A stretch of 64,000 bases of DNA from a candidate division WOR-3 bacterium (GTDB taxonomy: Bacteria > Hydrothermota > Hydrothermia > JBDRYB01), in assembly GCA_039803205.1 (NCBI GenBank), contig JBDRYB010000001.1, positions 299,413 to 363,412 on the forward strand, written 5' to 3'. The stretch's first letter is position 1, and each line of letters opens with the position of its first letter. A model generated the notes under the pieces. The model was not told the DNA's origin, searched no databases, and saw only the letters and a program-made list of their open reading frames with translations. Below, one piece after another: positions 20,912 to 30,297 of the stretch. The position numbers and the translations under genes are program-made.

Positions 20912-21325
20912 TTAGCCCCCGAAGGCGTCCTTCGCATCATCTATTATCTCCTCAATGTCCACAGCACCCTTGAGCCTCTCCTTGATCTTATCAAAAAGGC
21001 CCCGTTTGGATGAGGCTTCTGTTTCGGTGGATGTCTCCTCAGTGGCGTCCGGCACATCCTTGGTCAAGAGGGCCTCGCCATCCGCGCCTGAAGTCTCAGA
21101 ATCCGATGAGCCTGATCCGAGTTCTGGCTTCAGGTTTTCCGCCTCATCAAGAAGAGCCTGACAGCGTTTCATAAGATCTGCTAGCTCACCATCCTCATCC
21201 CCTAGAGAGGCCGATACAGAAGTTGTCTTGACGGAAACGCTTATCTTAGCACCACAAGAAGGGCATGTTCCGGTTCCCTGGAACTCAAAGCTTGTTTTGC
21301 AGAAAGGGCACTTGATCTTTGGCAT
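20912..21325 (-). CDS. Zinc-ribbon protein with acidic low-complexity tail
   Basis: CPFC...CPSC; AGGAGGT RBS overlapping the upstream stop. Confidence 0.6.
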   Translation of the reverse strand: MPKIKCPFCKTSFEFQGTGTCPSCGAKISVSVKTTSVSASLGDEDGELADLMKRCQALLDEAENLKPELGSGSSDSETSGADGEALLTKDVPDATEETSTETEASSKRGLFDKIKERLKGAVDIEEIIDDAKDAFGG

Positions 21326-21336
21326 CCTGATACCTC

Positions 21337-22875
21337 CTATTTAATGATGAACTTTCCCCCGATCCCTGGCGCCCTCAGAAAATAAACGCCTGGGCCCAGG
21401 CCAAAGATTGAAAACCTGTTCTCGCCCTCGGTTATCTCGCGAGAGATAACGGTTCTGCCGGCCACATCATAGACCGATAGCCTGCCGGGCTCACTCGCTT
21501 TGATGATAAGCATATACTCCTTGATCCGGAAACCAGCTAGAGGCGAGCCCTCCGAACCCTCCCCAACCGCGGCTTCTATGGCGGCCCTCAGGTTGGGAAC
21601 CCCCCATCCTATGTCGTTGTTCGGGTTCCCCGCGTTTGACGCTGTTTCCATGAGCAATTGCCTTATCTCCATGTTTGTGAGACTTGGCTTTGCCTGGATG
21701 AGTAGGGCCGCGGCCCCTGCTATGAGGGGCGTCGCAAGCGATGTCCCTCCGTAATAATCGTAGGAGCTGAGGCTGTAAGGATCCACAGAATAGGTGGTGT
21801 TGCCCTGCGCGGCAAGCTCAGGCTTTATCCTGCCATCATAGGTTGGGCCCCGGGACGAGAAGTCCGTGACGACCGAGTCAGAATCAACGGCGGCAACGGA
21901 TATGCAGCTGTCCGCGTCCGCGGGGGCGATGAGGGTTCCGGGCATGGGGCCCGAGTTCCCCATGGCCGTAACGCAGAGCAAGCCTCGCTCCGCGGCAGAA
22001 TCCACAGCTACGGTTGTCACCGCATGATCCCCATCAAGGTCAGAGTAATCATACCAATCTATGTAGCCCAGCGAAGAGGAGGTCAGGTCGCAGCCGAGGC
22101 CCTCAAGCCACTCCAGGCCCTGCACATACCAGAGCTCCTCTATGGGCTGTTCGTCTCCCGTGTCCTCTGTCTTCGCGAGAGCGAACTGTGCCCTTGGCGC
22201 TATTCCTATGAACTCCCCTGGCCAGTATCCGCCGACGGTCGCTGAGCAGATTGACCCGTGAAAATCCTGACCCCAGGGGTCTCCCGCTTGATCCCAGACC
22301 ACGGTGTCCCCGTTTATGAAGTCCCAGTGAGCAATAACCCGCATGCTGTCAAACGCGTGGTGTCGGTCTCCTGGCTTGATGTGGAACCCCGTGTCAAGAA
22401 AGCCTATGAGGACGCCAGTGCCGTCATAACCATGCTCGTGCGCCCAGGGAACCTGCATCATAGCGGCTTGATCAAACGAGAGGCCGTATTCCGTTGTATC
22501 CCACTCTGGAGAACGGCCCCCTATCACCTTTACATCAGGGTGAGCCATCTTGGCCACGGGCCTCGTTTCCCTGACAAAAGGTAGTTCCCCTATCTTCTCT
22601 ATGTTCTCGTCGTCAACCCGAAAAACCGCACCGTTCAACCACTTTGAGGAACCGATGAAAATAGGCCCCAATTCCTCTATTCGGGAGATGTAGGGTTGGT
22701 AAACCGGGAGGTCGCCGAACCCGACCGTGAAGTTGTGCTTCAGGCGCCTTGCCTGTGCCCTATCAGAAAGGGAAGCCCAGGCCTTGTCGTAATCAGCGGG
22801 GCCACAGGGGCCTTTGTCCGTGAAGAAAACCCAATAAAAACCACCAAAAAGGACAAGAGAAAAAGAAACGATCAT
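21337..22875 (-). CDS. Subtilisin-family (S8) serine peptidase with CTD-like tail
   Basis: FLDTGF, HGS, GTSLATP catalytic triad; VYDVAGR...LGPGVYF. Confidence 0.92.
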   Translation of the reverse strand: MIVSFSLVLFGGFYWVFFTDKGPCGPADYDKAWASLSDRAQARRLKHNFTVGFGDLPVYQPYISRIEELGPIFIGSSKWLNGAVFRVDDENIEKIGELPFVRETRPVAKMAHPDVKVIGGRSPEWDTTEYGLSFDQAAMMQVPWAHEHGYDGTGVLIGFLDTGFHIKPGDRHHAFDSMRVIAHWDFINGDTVVWDQAGDPWGQDFHGSICSATVGGYWPGEFIGIAPRAQFALAKTEDTGDEQPIEELWYVQGLEWLEGLGCDLTSSSLGYIDWYDYSDLDGDHAVTTVAVDSAAERGLLCVTAMGNSGPMPGTLIAPADADSCISVAAVDSDSVVTDFSSRGPTYDGRIKPELAAQGNTTYSVDPYSLSSYDYYGGTSLATPLIAGAAALLIQAKPSLTNMEIRQLLMETASNAGNPNNDIGWGVPNLRAAIEAAVGEGSEGSPLAGFRIKEYMLIIKASEPGRLSVYDVAGRTVISREITEGENRFSIFGLGPGVYFLRAPGIGGKFIIK

Positions 22876-22929
22876 GTAGAAAGCTTAAAGCTTGAGTGGG
22901 GCCGTTTCCAAATTGTTGAGCGCGGAGCT

Positions 22930-23703
22930 CTATTTCTTCGGTTTCAAAAGGCCCGAATGTTTCTTTGCTGGCTTCGCCTCGTATGTCACATAGACATATA
23001 TCTTGCCCTTTAGGCCGCCGGTTGGTGCGGCTTCAGCCCCACCCATTGCCTTTTCTTCTCTCGGAGCCATAGCGCTGTAGAGGCTCTGCGCGTAGTAGTT
23101 GTAATAATAGTAGCTGTAATCCTGTTCCCCCGGGTTCACGACATACTCGTTTACGCTAATGGGAAGCCCCAGCTCCAGGCCAGATGCCTCAGCGAGGTCG
23201 CTCGCCTTTCCCCTAGCCATTTCAAGGGCCTTGATCCTCGCCTCTTGGATGAAGACCTCAGGGCTATCAACGATGAAGGAGATGTTCTCCAGGCGGACGC
23301 CCTTCATGCTCGTCGCGCTGTCAATGAACTCGCCAAGTCTCTCAAAGTCAGGGGTCTTGAATGACATGGTCTGGTGAACTGTGTATCCCTTGAACTTTCC
23401 CTCCTCATACCAATACCAGTAGCTATACTGGTATCTCTGCTCTGACCAGAACGAGCGCGTGGTTATGTTCTCCTCCTTGACCCCGAGCCTCACGAGCATC
23501 GCTTTGAGTTCCCTGGATCTGTCCTCAACCTTCTTGTATGCCGCGGAGGCGTTTTTGGCGCTATCCTCAACACCCAGCTCAACTTGCGCTACCTGGGGCT
23601 CAGCGGTTATCGTGGCTTCTGCCATCACATAAACGGTTCTCTTTGGCCCTTTCTCACAGGAGAAGCACATTATAAACAGAACAAAAGGAATTAAATGTTT
23701 CAT
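22930..23703 (-). CDS. SIMPL (DUF541) domain protein, probable lipoprotein
   Basis: AEATITAEP, LGVKEENITT, ALEMARGKASDLAEASGLELG. Confidence 0.82.
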   Translation of the reverse strand: MKHLIPFVLFIMCFSCEKGPKRTVYVMAEATITAEPQVAQVELGVEDSAKNASAAYKKVEDRSRELKAMLVRLGVKEENITTRSFWSEQRYQYSYWYWYEEGKFKGYTVHQTMSFKTPDFERLGEFIDSATSMKGVRLENISFIVDSPEVFIQEARIKALEMARGKASDLAEASGLELGLPISVNEYVVNPGEQDYSYYYYNYYAQSLYSAMAPREEKAMGGAEAAPTGGLKGKIYVYVTYEAKPAKKHSGLLKPKK

Positions 23704-23778
23704 GGCGGTAAATTATAATGCCCCAGGCAGATACAGCCTAAAGGAAAAAGCGAGGGGCCCGGATTTATAATTTGAGCC

Positions 23779-24831
23779 TTGAGAAAAGAGGTTAAGGTTA
23801 AGGATATAGGCATTGGCGCTGGGAACCCGGTCCGGGTCCAGTCCATGACATCCACGAGGACAGAGGATGTTGGAGCGACAGTTGCCCAGATAAACGCGCT
23901 ATACGAGGCAGGCGCGGAGATCGTCCGGGTCGCGGTCCAATCCGTTTCCGCGGTGAAATACTTCAAGGAGATAAGGAAGGAGACCGATGTCCCTTTGGTT
24001 GCGGATGTGCACTTTGACCACAGGATAGCGATAATGTGCGCTGAGGCCGGCGCTGACAAAATAAGGATAAACCCCGGGAACATACGCGGGCCCAAGAAGG
24101 TAGAGGAGGTGATTAGGGCGCTCAAAGCAAACCGTGTTCCAGCGAGAATAGGAGTCAATTCCGGTTCCCTTGAGGACGATCTGATAGAGAAGCACGGCGG
24201 CGTTACCCCTGAGGCCCTTGCCGAAAGCGCCCTGAGGTGGGCTGATTTTTTTCTTGAGAGGGATTTTGAGGATTTCGTCTTATCCGTTAAGTCAAGCAGG
24301 GTTCCCGAGACCATTAAGGCATACAGGCTCCTGGCCAGCAAAACCGATCAGCCACTTCATGTTGGGCTCACGGAGGCTGGGCCACTTTGGCCTGGAGCCA
24401 TAAGGAGCTCTGTCGCGCTCGGAATACTCCTTGAGGAAGGGATAGGGGATACCATAAGGGTTTCTTTGACTGGGGATCCGGTTGATGAGGTCCGCGTGAC
24501 TTGGGAGATTCTGAAATCCCTTGAAAAAAGGGCGAGAGGCCCGATGATAATTTCCTGTCCAACCTGCGGGAGGATGAGGGTTGATATACTCCCAATAGTC
24601 CAGGAGATCACGGAAGCCCTCAAGGACCTAAAGGACCCCATTCGCGTAGCTGTGATGGGCTGTGAGGTTAACGGTCCTGGTGAGGCAAGGGAGGCTGATT
24701 TCGGAGTTGCGTCAGGACAGGGTTTTGGGTTAATATTTAGGAAGGGTCGGGTAGTGAAGAGGGTTAAAGCCGAGGACATAACGAAGGCGCTTCTTGATGA
24801 GATAGCCTCATCGCTGGGGCAAGAAGAATGA
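23779..24831 (+). CDS. ispG: (E)-4-hydroxy-3-methylbut-2-enyl-diphosphate synthase
   Basis: VQSMT, LVADVHF, RINPGNI, GDTIRVSL, SCPTCGR, MGCEVNGPGEA. Confidence 0.96.
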   Translation: MRKEVKVKDIGIGAGNPVRVQSMTSTRTEDVGATVAQINALYEAGAEIVRVAVQSVSAVKYFKEIRKETDVPLVADVHFDHRIAIMCAEAGADKIRINPGNIRGPKKVEEVIRALKANRVPARIGVNSGSLEDDLIEKHGGVTPEALAESALRWADFFLERDFEDFVLSVKSSRVPETIKAYRLLASKTDQPLHVGLTEAGPLWPGAIRSSVALGILLEEGIGDTIRVSLTGDPVDEVRVTWEILKSLEKRARGPMIISCPTCGRMRVDILPIVQEITEALKDLKDPIRVAVMGCEVNGPGEAREADFGVASGQGFGLIFRKGRVVKRVKAEDITKALLDEIASSLGQEE

Positions 24832-26054
24832 CATACCTGATGATAGCGGTTCTCATCGGTGCCAAAGGGCCATCAAAGTGGGATGCGCTCCTGAGGCCCT
24901 ATCCGGAGACCCAGGTTGACCCGGATGAATACAGGCTCGGCCCCGGAGATAGCCTGAGAATAACCATTTCCGGCTCCGTGTTCTACACTGCGGATATGAG
25001 CCTTGATGTATCTGGGTGGGTTTCGCTCTACGGGCCAGGAATATCCCTGTCCGCGGCCCAGGCAGGCCTGGAAAGCGAGATAAGCACAGGGCTTCAATCT
25101 CGTCCTTTGGGCACTTTCCTCGGCAAGAAATACCTCTCAGGTATGAGCATATCCGAGGCAACGGACAGCTTGAACAGGTTTTATAAACGGTATTACAAGA
25201 ACATCAATGTGGGGATAAGCCTTCTCTATCCGAGGCCCGTTACCGTAGTGATTACTGGTCAGGTTCTCAACCAGGGAGCAATAACATGCTCAGCCGTTGA
25301 ACGGCTTACTGATGTGATAACAAAGGCTGGGGGCGCCTTGGGCGAGGCCGATCTCACGGCTGTTAGGGTTGAGACGAGCGATGGAACAAAGACATACAAC
25401 CTTTACAAGTATTATCTGGATGGCGACAGGTCCCAGAATCCGCTTCTCTGCAACGACATGAGGATCTTCGTGCCCCAGGCGACCAAGACCGTCTTGGTGA
25501 CCGGCGCGGTTGAGCTCCTGGTAATATACTTCAACGATTCTGTGGAAACGGATGCAGTGAGAAGCCTTGAGGGGGCACGTGTGGTTCGTGTGGCCTGGGA
25601 AGATGGAGACAATGTGAGGAGGGCGATAGATAAGGCGGGTGGGCTTTCACTCAAGGCATCCAGGGAAGGTATAAGCATACTGAGAGGGGGGATAAGGATG
25701 TCTGCGAGCCTTGAAACAAGGGTTGAGCCAGGCGATAGGATTGAGGTCTCAAAGATCCCATCAGAGGTATATGTGTTCGGGGAGGTCCGCTCTCCAGGAG
25801 CTTATCGCTATTCCCCTGGGCTCACATGCATGGATTATGTGAGCATGGCAGGCCCAAACGAAAGGGGATACACGAAGAGGTTCACCATCGTGAGGCCTGA
25901 TGGGTCAAGGGTTTCTGTCAGCCCAAAGGATGTGCCGGAGCCAGGGGATAGGATACTAGTTGAAAGGGTAGCTTTCCTCTGGTATGAGGATTATCTGAGG
26001 GTTCTCGCTACCGTGACCACAATAATAGTCACATGGCTCACCCTGAGAAGGTGA
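24828..26054 (+). CDS. Polysaccharide export protein with SLBB domains (Wza/KpsD-like)
   Basis: YRLGPGD, repeated GQV/GEVRSPG and AGG SLBB motifs. Confidence 0.82.
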   Translation: MTYLMIAVLIGAKGPSKWDALLRPYPETQVDPDEYRLGPGDSLRITISGSVFYTADMSLDVSGWVSLYGPGISLSAAQAGLESEISTGLQSRPLGTFLGKKYLSGMSISEATDSLNRFYKRYYKNINVGISLLYPRPVTVVITGQVLNQGAITCSAVERLTDVITKAGGALGEADLTAVRVETSDGTKTYNLYKYYLDGDRSQNPLLCNDMRIFVPQATKTVLVTGAVELLVIYFNDSVETDAVRSLEGARVVRVAWEDGDNVRRAIDKAGGLSLKASREGISILRGGIRMSASLETRVEPGDRIEVSKIPSEVYVFGEVRSPGAYRYSPGLTCMDYVSMAGPNERGYTKRFTIVRPDGSRVSVSPKDVPEPGDRILVERVAFLWYEDYLRVLATVTTIIVTWLTLRR

Positions 26055-26060
26055 ACGATA

Positions 26061-27782
26061 ATGCTTCTGGTCCTACTCGCTTTTTTGTCCTGGGATTACA
26101 GGACCCTTTTCTACGACATAAGGCTCATCGTGAGGCCGCAGGACCAGAGCATAGAGGGGGATGTTGCCTTGACGCTTGCCTTGGAGCCCGGGACAGATAC
26201 CATCCCCTTTCACCTAACAGCGAACTACACGATTGATTCGGTTCTGGTGAATGGCGCGCGTTGCGTGTTTTTCCGCGACTCGGACACGGTCTTCGTCCCC
26301 CTTTCCACAGCGGCCGATACCTGCACTCTGAGGGTTTTCTATGCCGGACCAACCCTTGACCGAGGCATTCACTTTAGGGATTCCTCATTCTTCAGCTTTG
26401 GCCAGTTCTACGATACGAAGGCCTGGTTACCCTGCAACGATACCCCTTCCGCGAAGGCGCCGGCCCGCTTGGCGCTTACCGGGCCCTCTGGATATTTCAT
26501 CGCGTCAAACGGCGTTCTTGACAGCGTTCGCGATTCTGTGTACTTCTGGAGGGAGAATCATCCTGTTTCGCCTTATCTCCTCCTCGTTGCGGGGGGCCCA
26601 TATGTCAGACTTGACACATCTTTTGCTGGAATCCCCATTTATTACTATGTCTTTCCCGATGATACTGCCAAGGCCAAAGTTTCCTTTAAGCACATCCCGG
26701 ACATGATGAAGTTTTACTCCGATGGCTTTGGGGAGTATCCCTTTCCGGATGAGAAAACCGCATTCGTTGAAACAGAGGATCCCATAGGGATGGAGACCCA
26801 GACCTGCATCATGGTAGGCTCCCACACGATAACGGGCGATCTTTCCAGGGAGTATGTTTTCGCGCATGAGCTCGCGCACCAGTGGTGGGGAGACGCCTTG
26901 ACCCCGCGCTCTTGGGGAGAGATATGGCTCTCGGAGGGCCTCGCTGTGTGGTCAGATTTCTCGTTTACTGAGCACATGTATGGCAGGGACAGCGCGCTGG
27001 CGAGGTGGTTCTGGGCAAGGGACCTGTATTTCCTTGAGGACAGCATCAGGCCCCCTTATCCCCTTCGTGATCCGGATTATTTTACTGGAGCGACCGTGTA
27101 TTACAAGGGTGCATGGGTCATAAGGATGCTCAGATGGGTGATGGGAGACAGCCTGTTTCACGAGGGGCTCAGGTTCTACTACGCGAGCCACCGGGACAGC
27201 CTTGTTGACACGGACGATTTCAGGGGAGCTATGGAGTATATCATGGGCAACTGCCTTCTTTGGTTCTTCGGTGAGTGGTGCGAGGATGTCGGTTATCCTA
27301 GGATCAAATACGAGTGGTGGCAGAAAGGGGATACCCTCACCCTGGTGTTCAACCAGGTTCAGAACCACGGGCCCGTGTTCAGGATGCCGGTTGAGATAAT
27401 GATAACCAGCGCTTCCGATACCGTTCGCGATACTGTTTTTATGGTATACCCATCTGATACATTCAAACTGATCCCCGGGTTTCTCGCGGAGGGCCTCCTC
27501 GTTGATCCGGATTCCTGGGTTCTCATGCGCTCGGAGCTTAGTCTTGAGAGCGAGGAGACCAGCGCTTCTTCCGCTATTGCCTTTCAAACAATTGGAAATG
27601 GGGCTTTGCGCCTGAGAAACCCCCTTGACTATTCCGTTGAGATAAGGGTTTACGATGCCACGGGGCGTCTCGTAAGGCTTCACCGGGCTGAACCGGGAAC
27701 GAGCACCATTACTCTGCCGGGGCCCGGCTTCTACAGGCTCATATGGGAAGGGGGTGCCGCTAGCGCGGTATCCCTCAGATGA
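26061..27782 (+). CDS. M1 family aminopeptidase with CTD-like tail
   Basis: GME, HELAHQWWG...WLSEG, VYYKGA; VYDATGRLV...PGFY. Confidence 0.9.
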   Translation: MLLVLLAFLSWDYRTLFYDIRLIVRPQDQSIEGDVALTLALEPGTDTIPFHLTANYTIDSVLVNGARCVFFRDSDTVFVPLSTAADTCTLRVFYAGPTLDRGIHFRDSSFFSFGQFYDTKAWLPCNDTPSAKAPARLALTGPSGYFIASNGVLDSVRDSVYFWRENHPVSPYLLLVAGGPYVRLDTSFAGIPIYYYVFPDDTAKAKVSFKHIPDMMKFYSDGFGEYPFPDEKTAFVETEDPIGMETQTCIMVGSHTITGDLSREYVFAHELAHQWWGDALTPRSWGEIWLSEGLAVWSDFSFTEHMYGRDSALARWFWARDLYFLEDSIRPPYPLRDPDYFTGATVYYKGAWVIRMLRWVMGDSLFHEGLRFYYASHRDSLVDTDDFRGAMEYIMGNCLLWFFGEWCEDVGYPRIKYEWWQKGDTLTLVFNQVQNHGPVFRMPVEIMITSASDTVRDTVFMVYPSDTFKLIPGFLAEGLLVDPDSWVLMRSELSLESEETSASSAIAFQTIGNGALRLRNPLDYSVEIRVYDATGRLVRLHRAEPGTSTITLPGPGFYRLIWEGGAASAVSLR

Positions 27783-28651
27783 AATACAGGCTCTCTTTGG
27801 GGTTGGCTGTGTTCCTCTGGAGCACCTCTTTCCCCTTTATAAAGCAAGCCCTATCGTTCACCAGCCCAGGCCCTCTTCTGGCAACCCGTTTTATCGTTGC
27901 AGGCTTCGGAGCAATAGCCCTTTTCGCTGTTATTAAAAGGCCTATACCCTGGAACATTCTCGGGAGGAAGGAGATGTGGATAATGGCCCTCTCAAACGCT
28001 CTCGGATTTGCCCTCCAGTTCTTCGGCCAGGACCTGACGAGCGCCTCAAAGGCCGCGCTCTTCATAAACACCTATGTGATATTCGTTGCAATAGCCGCGC
28101 CCATTTTTCTCAAGGAGAGGGTTTCGCTCAGGGTTGGCTTCGGTGTGGTTCTGGGATTCATTGGGGCAGGAATAGCCTCAACTGGCCTTAGCCCCTCGTT
28201 CACCTCAACCGGGAGTTTTTGGGGTGACCTGATGTGCGTGGGCGCGGCCCTTGTTTACACGGTTTACATCGTTCTGTCAAAGAGGCTCGTTGATTCCGGA
28301 TGGGATGTTCTGGCCGTAGCCTTTGGGACCATGGTCCTCACAGCGCCCCTGACACTTCCCTTTTCCTTAATTGGGTTTAGGTCGTTCGGGTTAGCCACGC
28401 TTAGCGCGGGGGCATACCTCGGGTTCTTCTGCTCGCTTTTCCCTTTCATATTTTACATATACAGCCTCAAGGGCATATCAGTGACGGTCTCCTCGGTCAT
28501 GCTTCTCGGAGAGGTGGTCCTCGCTATGGCGTGGAGTTTCATTTTCCTGGACGAGAGGTTTGGCCCGGCCGAGTGGCTCGGAACCGGGCTGGTGCTATCC
28601 GCGATATTGCTGGTGGGAACAAGGAGAACGAAAGAGGTCGTGGCCTCTTGA
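27779..28651 (+). CDS. DMT/EamA family transporter
   Basis: Two EamA repeats, about 10 TM, FLKE and FLDE motifs. Confidence 0.9.
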   Translation: MKYRLSLGLAVFLWSTSFPFIKQALSFTSPGPLLATRFIVAGFGAIALFAVIKRPIPWNILGRKEMWIMALSNALGFALQFFGQDLTSASKAALFINTYVIFVAIAAPIFLKERVSLRVGFGVVLGFIGAGIASTGLSPSFTSTGSFWGDLMCVGAALVYTVYIVLSKRLVDSGWDVLAVAFGTMVLTAPLTLPFSLIGFRSFGLATLSAGAYLGFFCSLFPFIFYIYSLKGISVTVSSVMLLGEVVLAMAWSFIFLDERFGPAEWLGTGLVLSAILLVGTRRTKEVVAS

Positions 28652-28703
28652 ACCCCGAGCGAGAAACCCTCTGAGGCCAAGGACCTATTTCGTTGCGCCG
28701 AGA

Positions 28704-30257
28704 TCACTTGATAAGGAAGGCTATCCGCCAACCCATGGTCCTCGGCCTAAAGATCAGCCTTTTTGTTGCGGTCTTCTCCCCGTAACGCGGGCAGTAGAAC
28801 GCGTCCAGAACAGACCATTCCCCTCCCCCCTCTTCAAGCATCAGGGCATACCCTCCATTTTTTCCGCGCAGGGTAAAACCCTCATCTTTTTGCTCCGGAA
28901 GGACATCAGGCGCCAGCGTGAACCCAGCACACCACGGCCCAGGCTCCGAGATGGAATCCTCAAGGATGAGTCCGTTCTCGGTCAACACGAACCTTCTCTC
29001 TACGGTAGGGCCGAAGAGGTCGTGCCTGAGAACAAAGGCACCGCTTTCCCACCCCGAGAAAAGGGCCCTTTTTCTCCCCTCAAGGGTAAATGGCCTTTGG
29101 GGGTCGCGGATGTGCATGGGTCTCCCCTCAAGCCAGACGAGGTTGTGCGCGGTTTCGGATCTCAGAGCCTCTCTCATGGAATCCGGGCCTGTGTAAAGAT
29201 ATACGCCGGGATCAACGATCAAGGGTTCTCCCATCCAAAGGGCAAACGAACCCAGATCTGAGTGGGTGTGGCCCCCTGGACGGTCAGGGTCATCATCAAC
29301 CCTTGCGACGAGGTGAAGTAACCCCTCTCGCATGACCAAAAAGCCGCCTTCCTGATAATGTGTCGTGCCCCTGGGTTCAGGGACCTCAATACCAAGAGAG
29401 CTCGCGAGCTCAGATAGATATGCGAGGTAATCGGACTCGCGCGGCCTCAGAACCCCACCATCGTCAAAATCGCCGAAGATTGGGAGACTGCCGTCGGGAT
29501 GGCTGATGTCCGCCAGGAAACCGAGGGCTTTCTGGATTACTTCAGGGATCTTTTGACAATTAACCCTCCATTCCCTGGCCAGGGCAAGGTATATAAGCCC
29601 CATTTCAAGAACAAAAGCGCCGTAACCGGGCGAAACCTCCTCATATGTGCCATCGGAAAGAAAAGCATTGGGAAACCTCGCGCTGAATTCTTTTCGGCCC
29701 AGTTCAAACCACCTCTTTGCTTCGTCAAGCTCCCTGAGATACCCCCCGAGGAGAAAAAGCCCCAGAGCCCTCCCGAGAGCGTGATTTGTAGGATCGGGTT
29801 CGGGATTTTTTAGTAGGTGCCTTCCGTGGGCAACGAGCCAGCGGAGGAGCTCGGTTCTCATTTTTGAGCCCAAAGGCCAGCGCGCCCCTTCAAGCAGAAA
29901 ACCCAAATTTATCGCCCTTACCGAAACCTCAAGTGAAGATGCCCAATTGGGGCCGAGCCCAACCGGATTGGCTCTCATCCAGGAAGCAAAGCCTTCTGCA
30001 AGATCCTCCGGCCTCGCCCACCTGAAGCGGGACGGCTCCCATATCGTTCGCAGATCTGAAGGGGCTTTCCTATATTTTATGTATTTGTGATGGATCATGG
30101 GCCAGAGGTGGAGGGGAACCTCTCGCGCTCGGCCTGGCCTATTCCCCAGCGGAAGCTCGGGCAGGCCTGATGCATTAAAGCCCCTTGGCAGACACGGGGG
30201 CCGAGAAAAGAGCCTTTGACTTATGGTCCTTAGGAATGCGGATATGCTCTTTTTCAA
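28704..30257 (-). CDS. Heparinase II/III family protein
   Basis: WEPSRF, NWASSLEVSVRAIN, TNH, GGHTHSDLGSF, VDPGVYLY, AHN. Confidence 0.82.
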   Translation of the reverse strand: MKKSISAFLRTISQRLFSRPPCLPRGFNASGLPELPLGNRPGRAREVPLHLWPMIHHKYIKYRKAPSDLRTIWEPSRFRWARPEDLAEGFASWMRANPVGLGPNWASSLEVSVRAINLGFLLEGARWPLGSKMRTELLRWLVAHGRHLLKNPEPDPTNHALGRALGLFLLGGYLRELDEAKRWFELGRKEFSARFPNAFLSDGTYEEVSPGYGAFVLEMGLIYLALAREWRVNCQKIPEVIQKALGFLADISHPDGSLPIFGDFDDGGVLRPRESDYLAYLSELASSLGIEVPEPRGTTHYQEGGFLVMREGLLHLVARVDDDPDRPGGHTHSDLGSFALWMGEPLIVDPGVYLYTGPDSMREALRSETAHNLVWLEGRPMHIRDPQRPFTLEGRKRALFSGWESGAFVLRHDLFGPTVERRFVLTENGLILEDSISEPGPWCAGFTLAPDVLPEQKDEGFTLRGKNGGYALMLEEGGGEWSVLDAFYCPRYGEKTATKRLIFRPRTMGWRIAFLIK

Positions 30258-30297
30258 AGGGGGAGCCTGGAGGCTTCTTCAAAACGCGAAATACGGT

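Noticed and set aside
30254..30259. CTT TGA as a prfB-like +1 frameshift site
   Set aside because: A +1 shift enters a frame that closes after about 55 codons, not the heparinase frame, and there is no upstream internal SD
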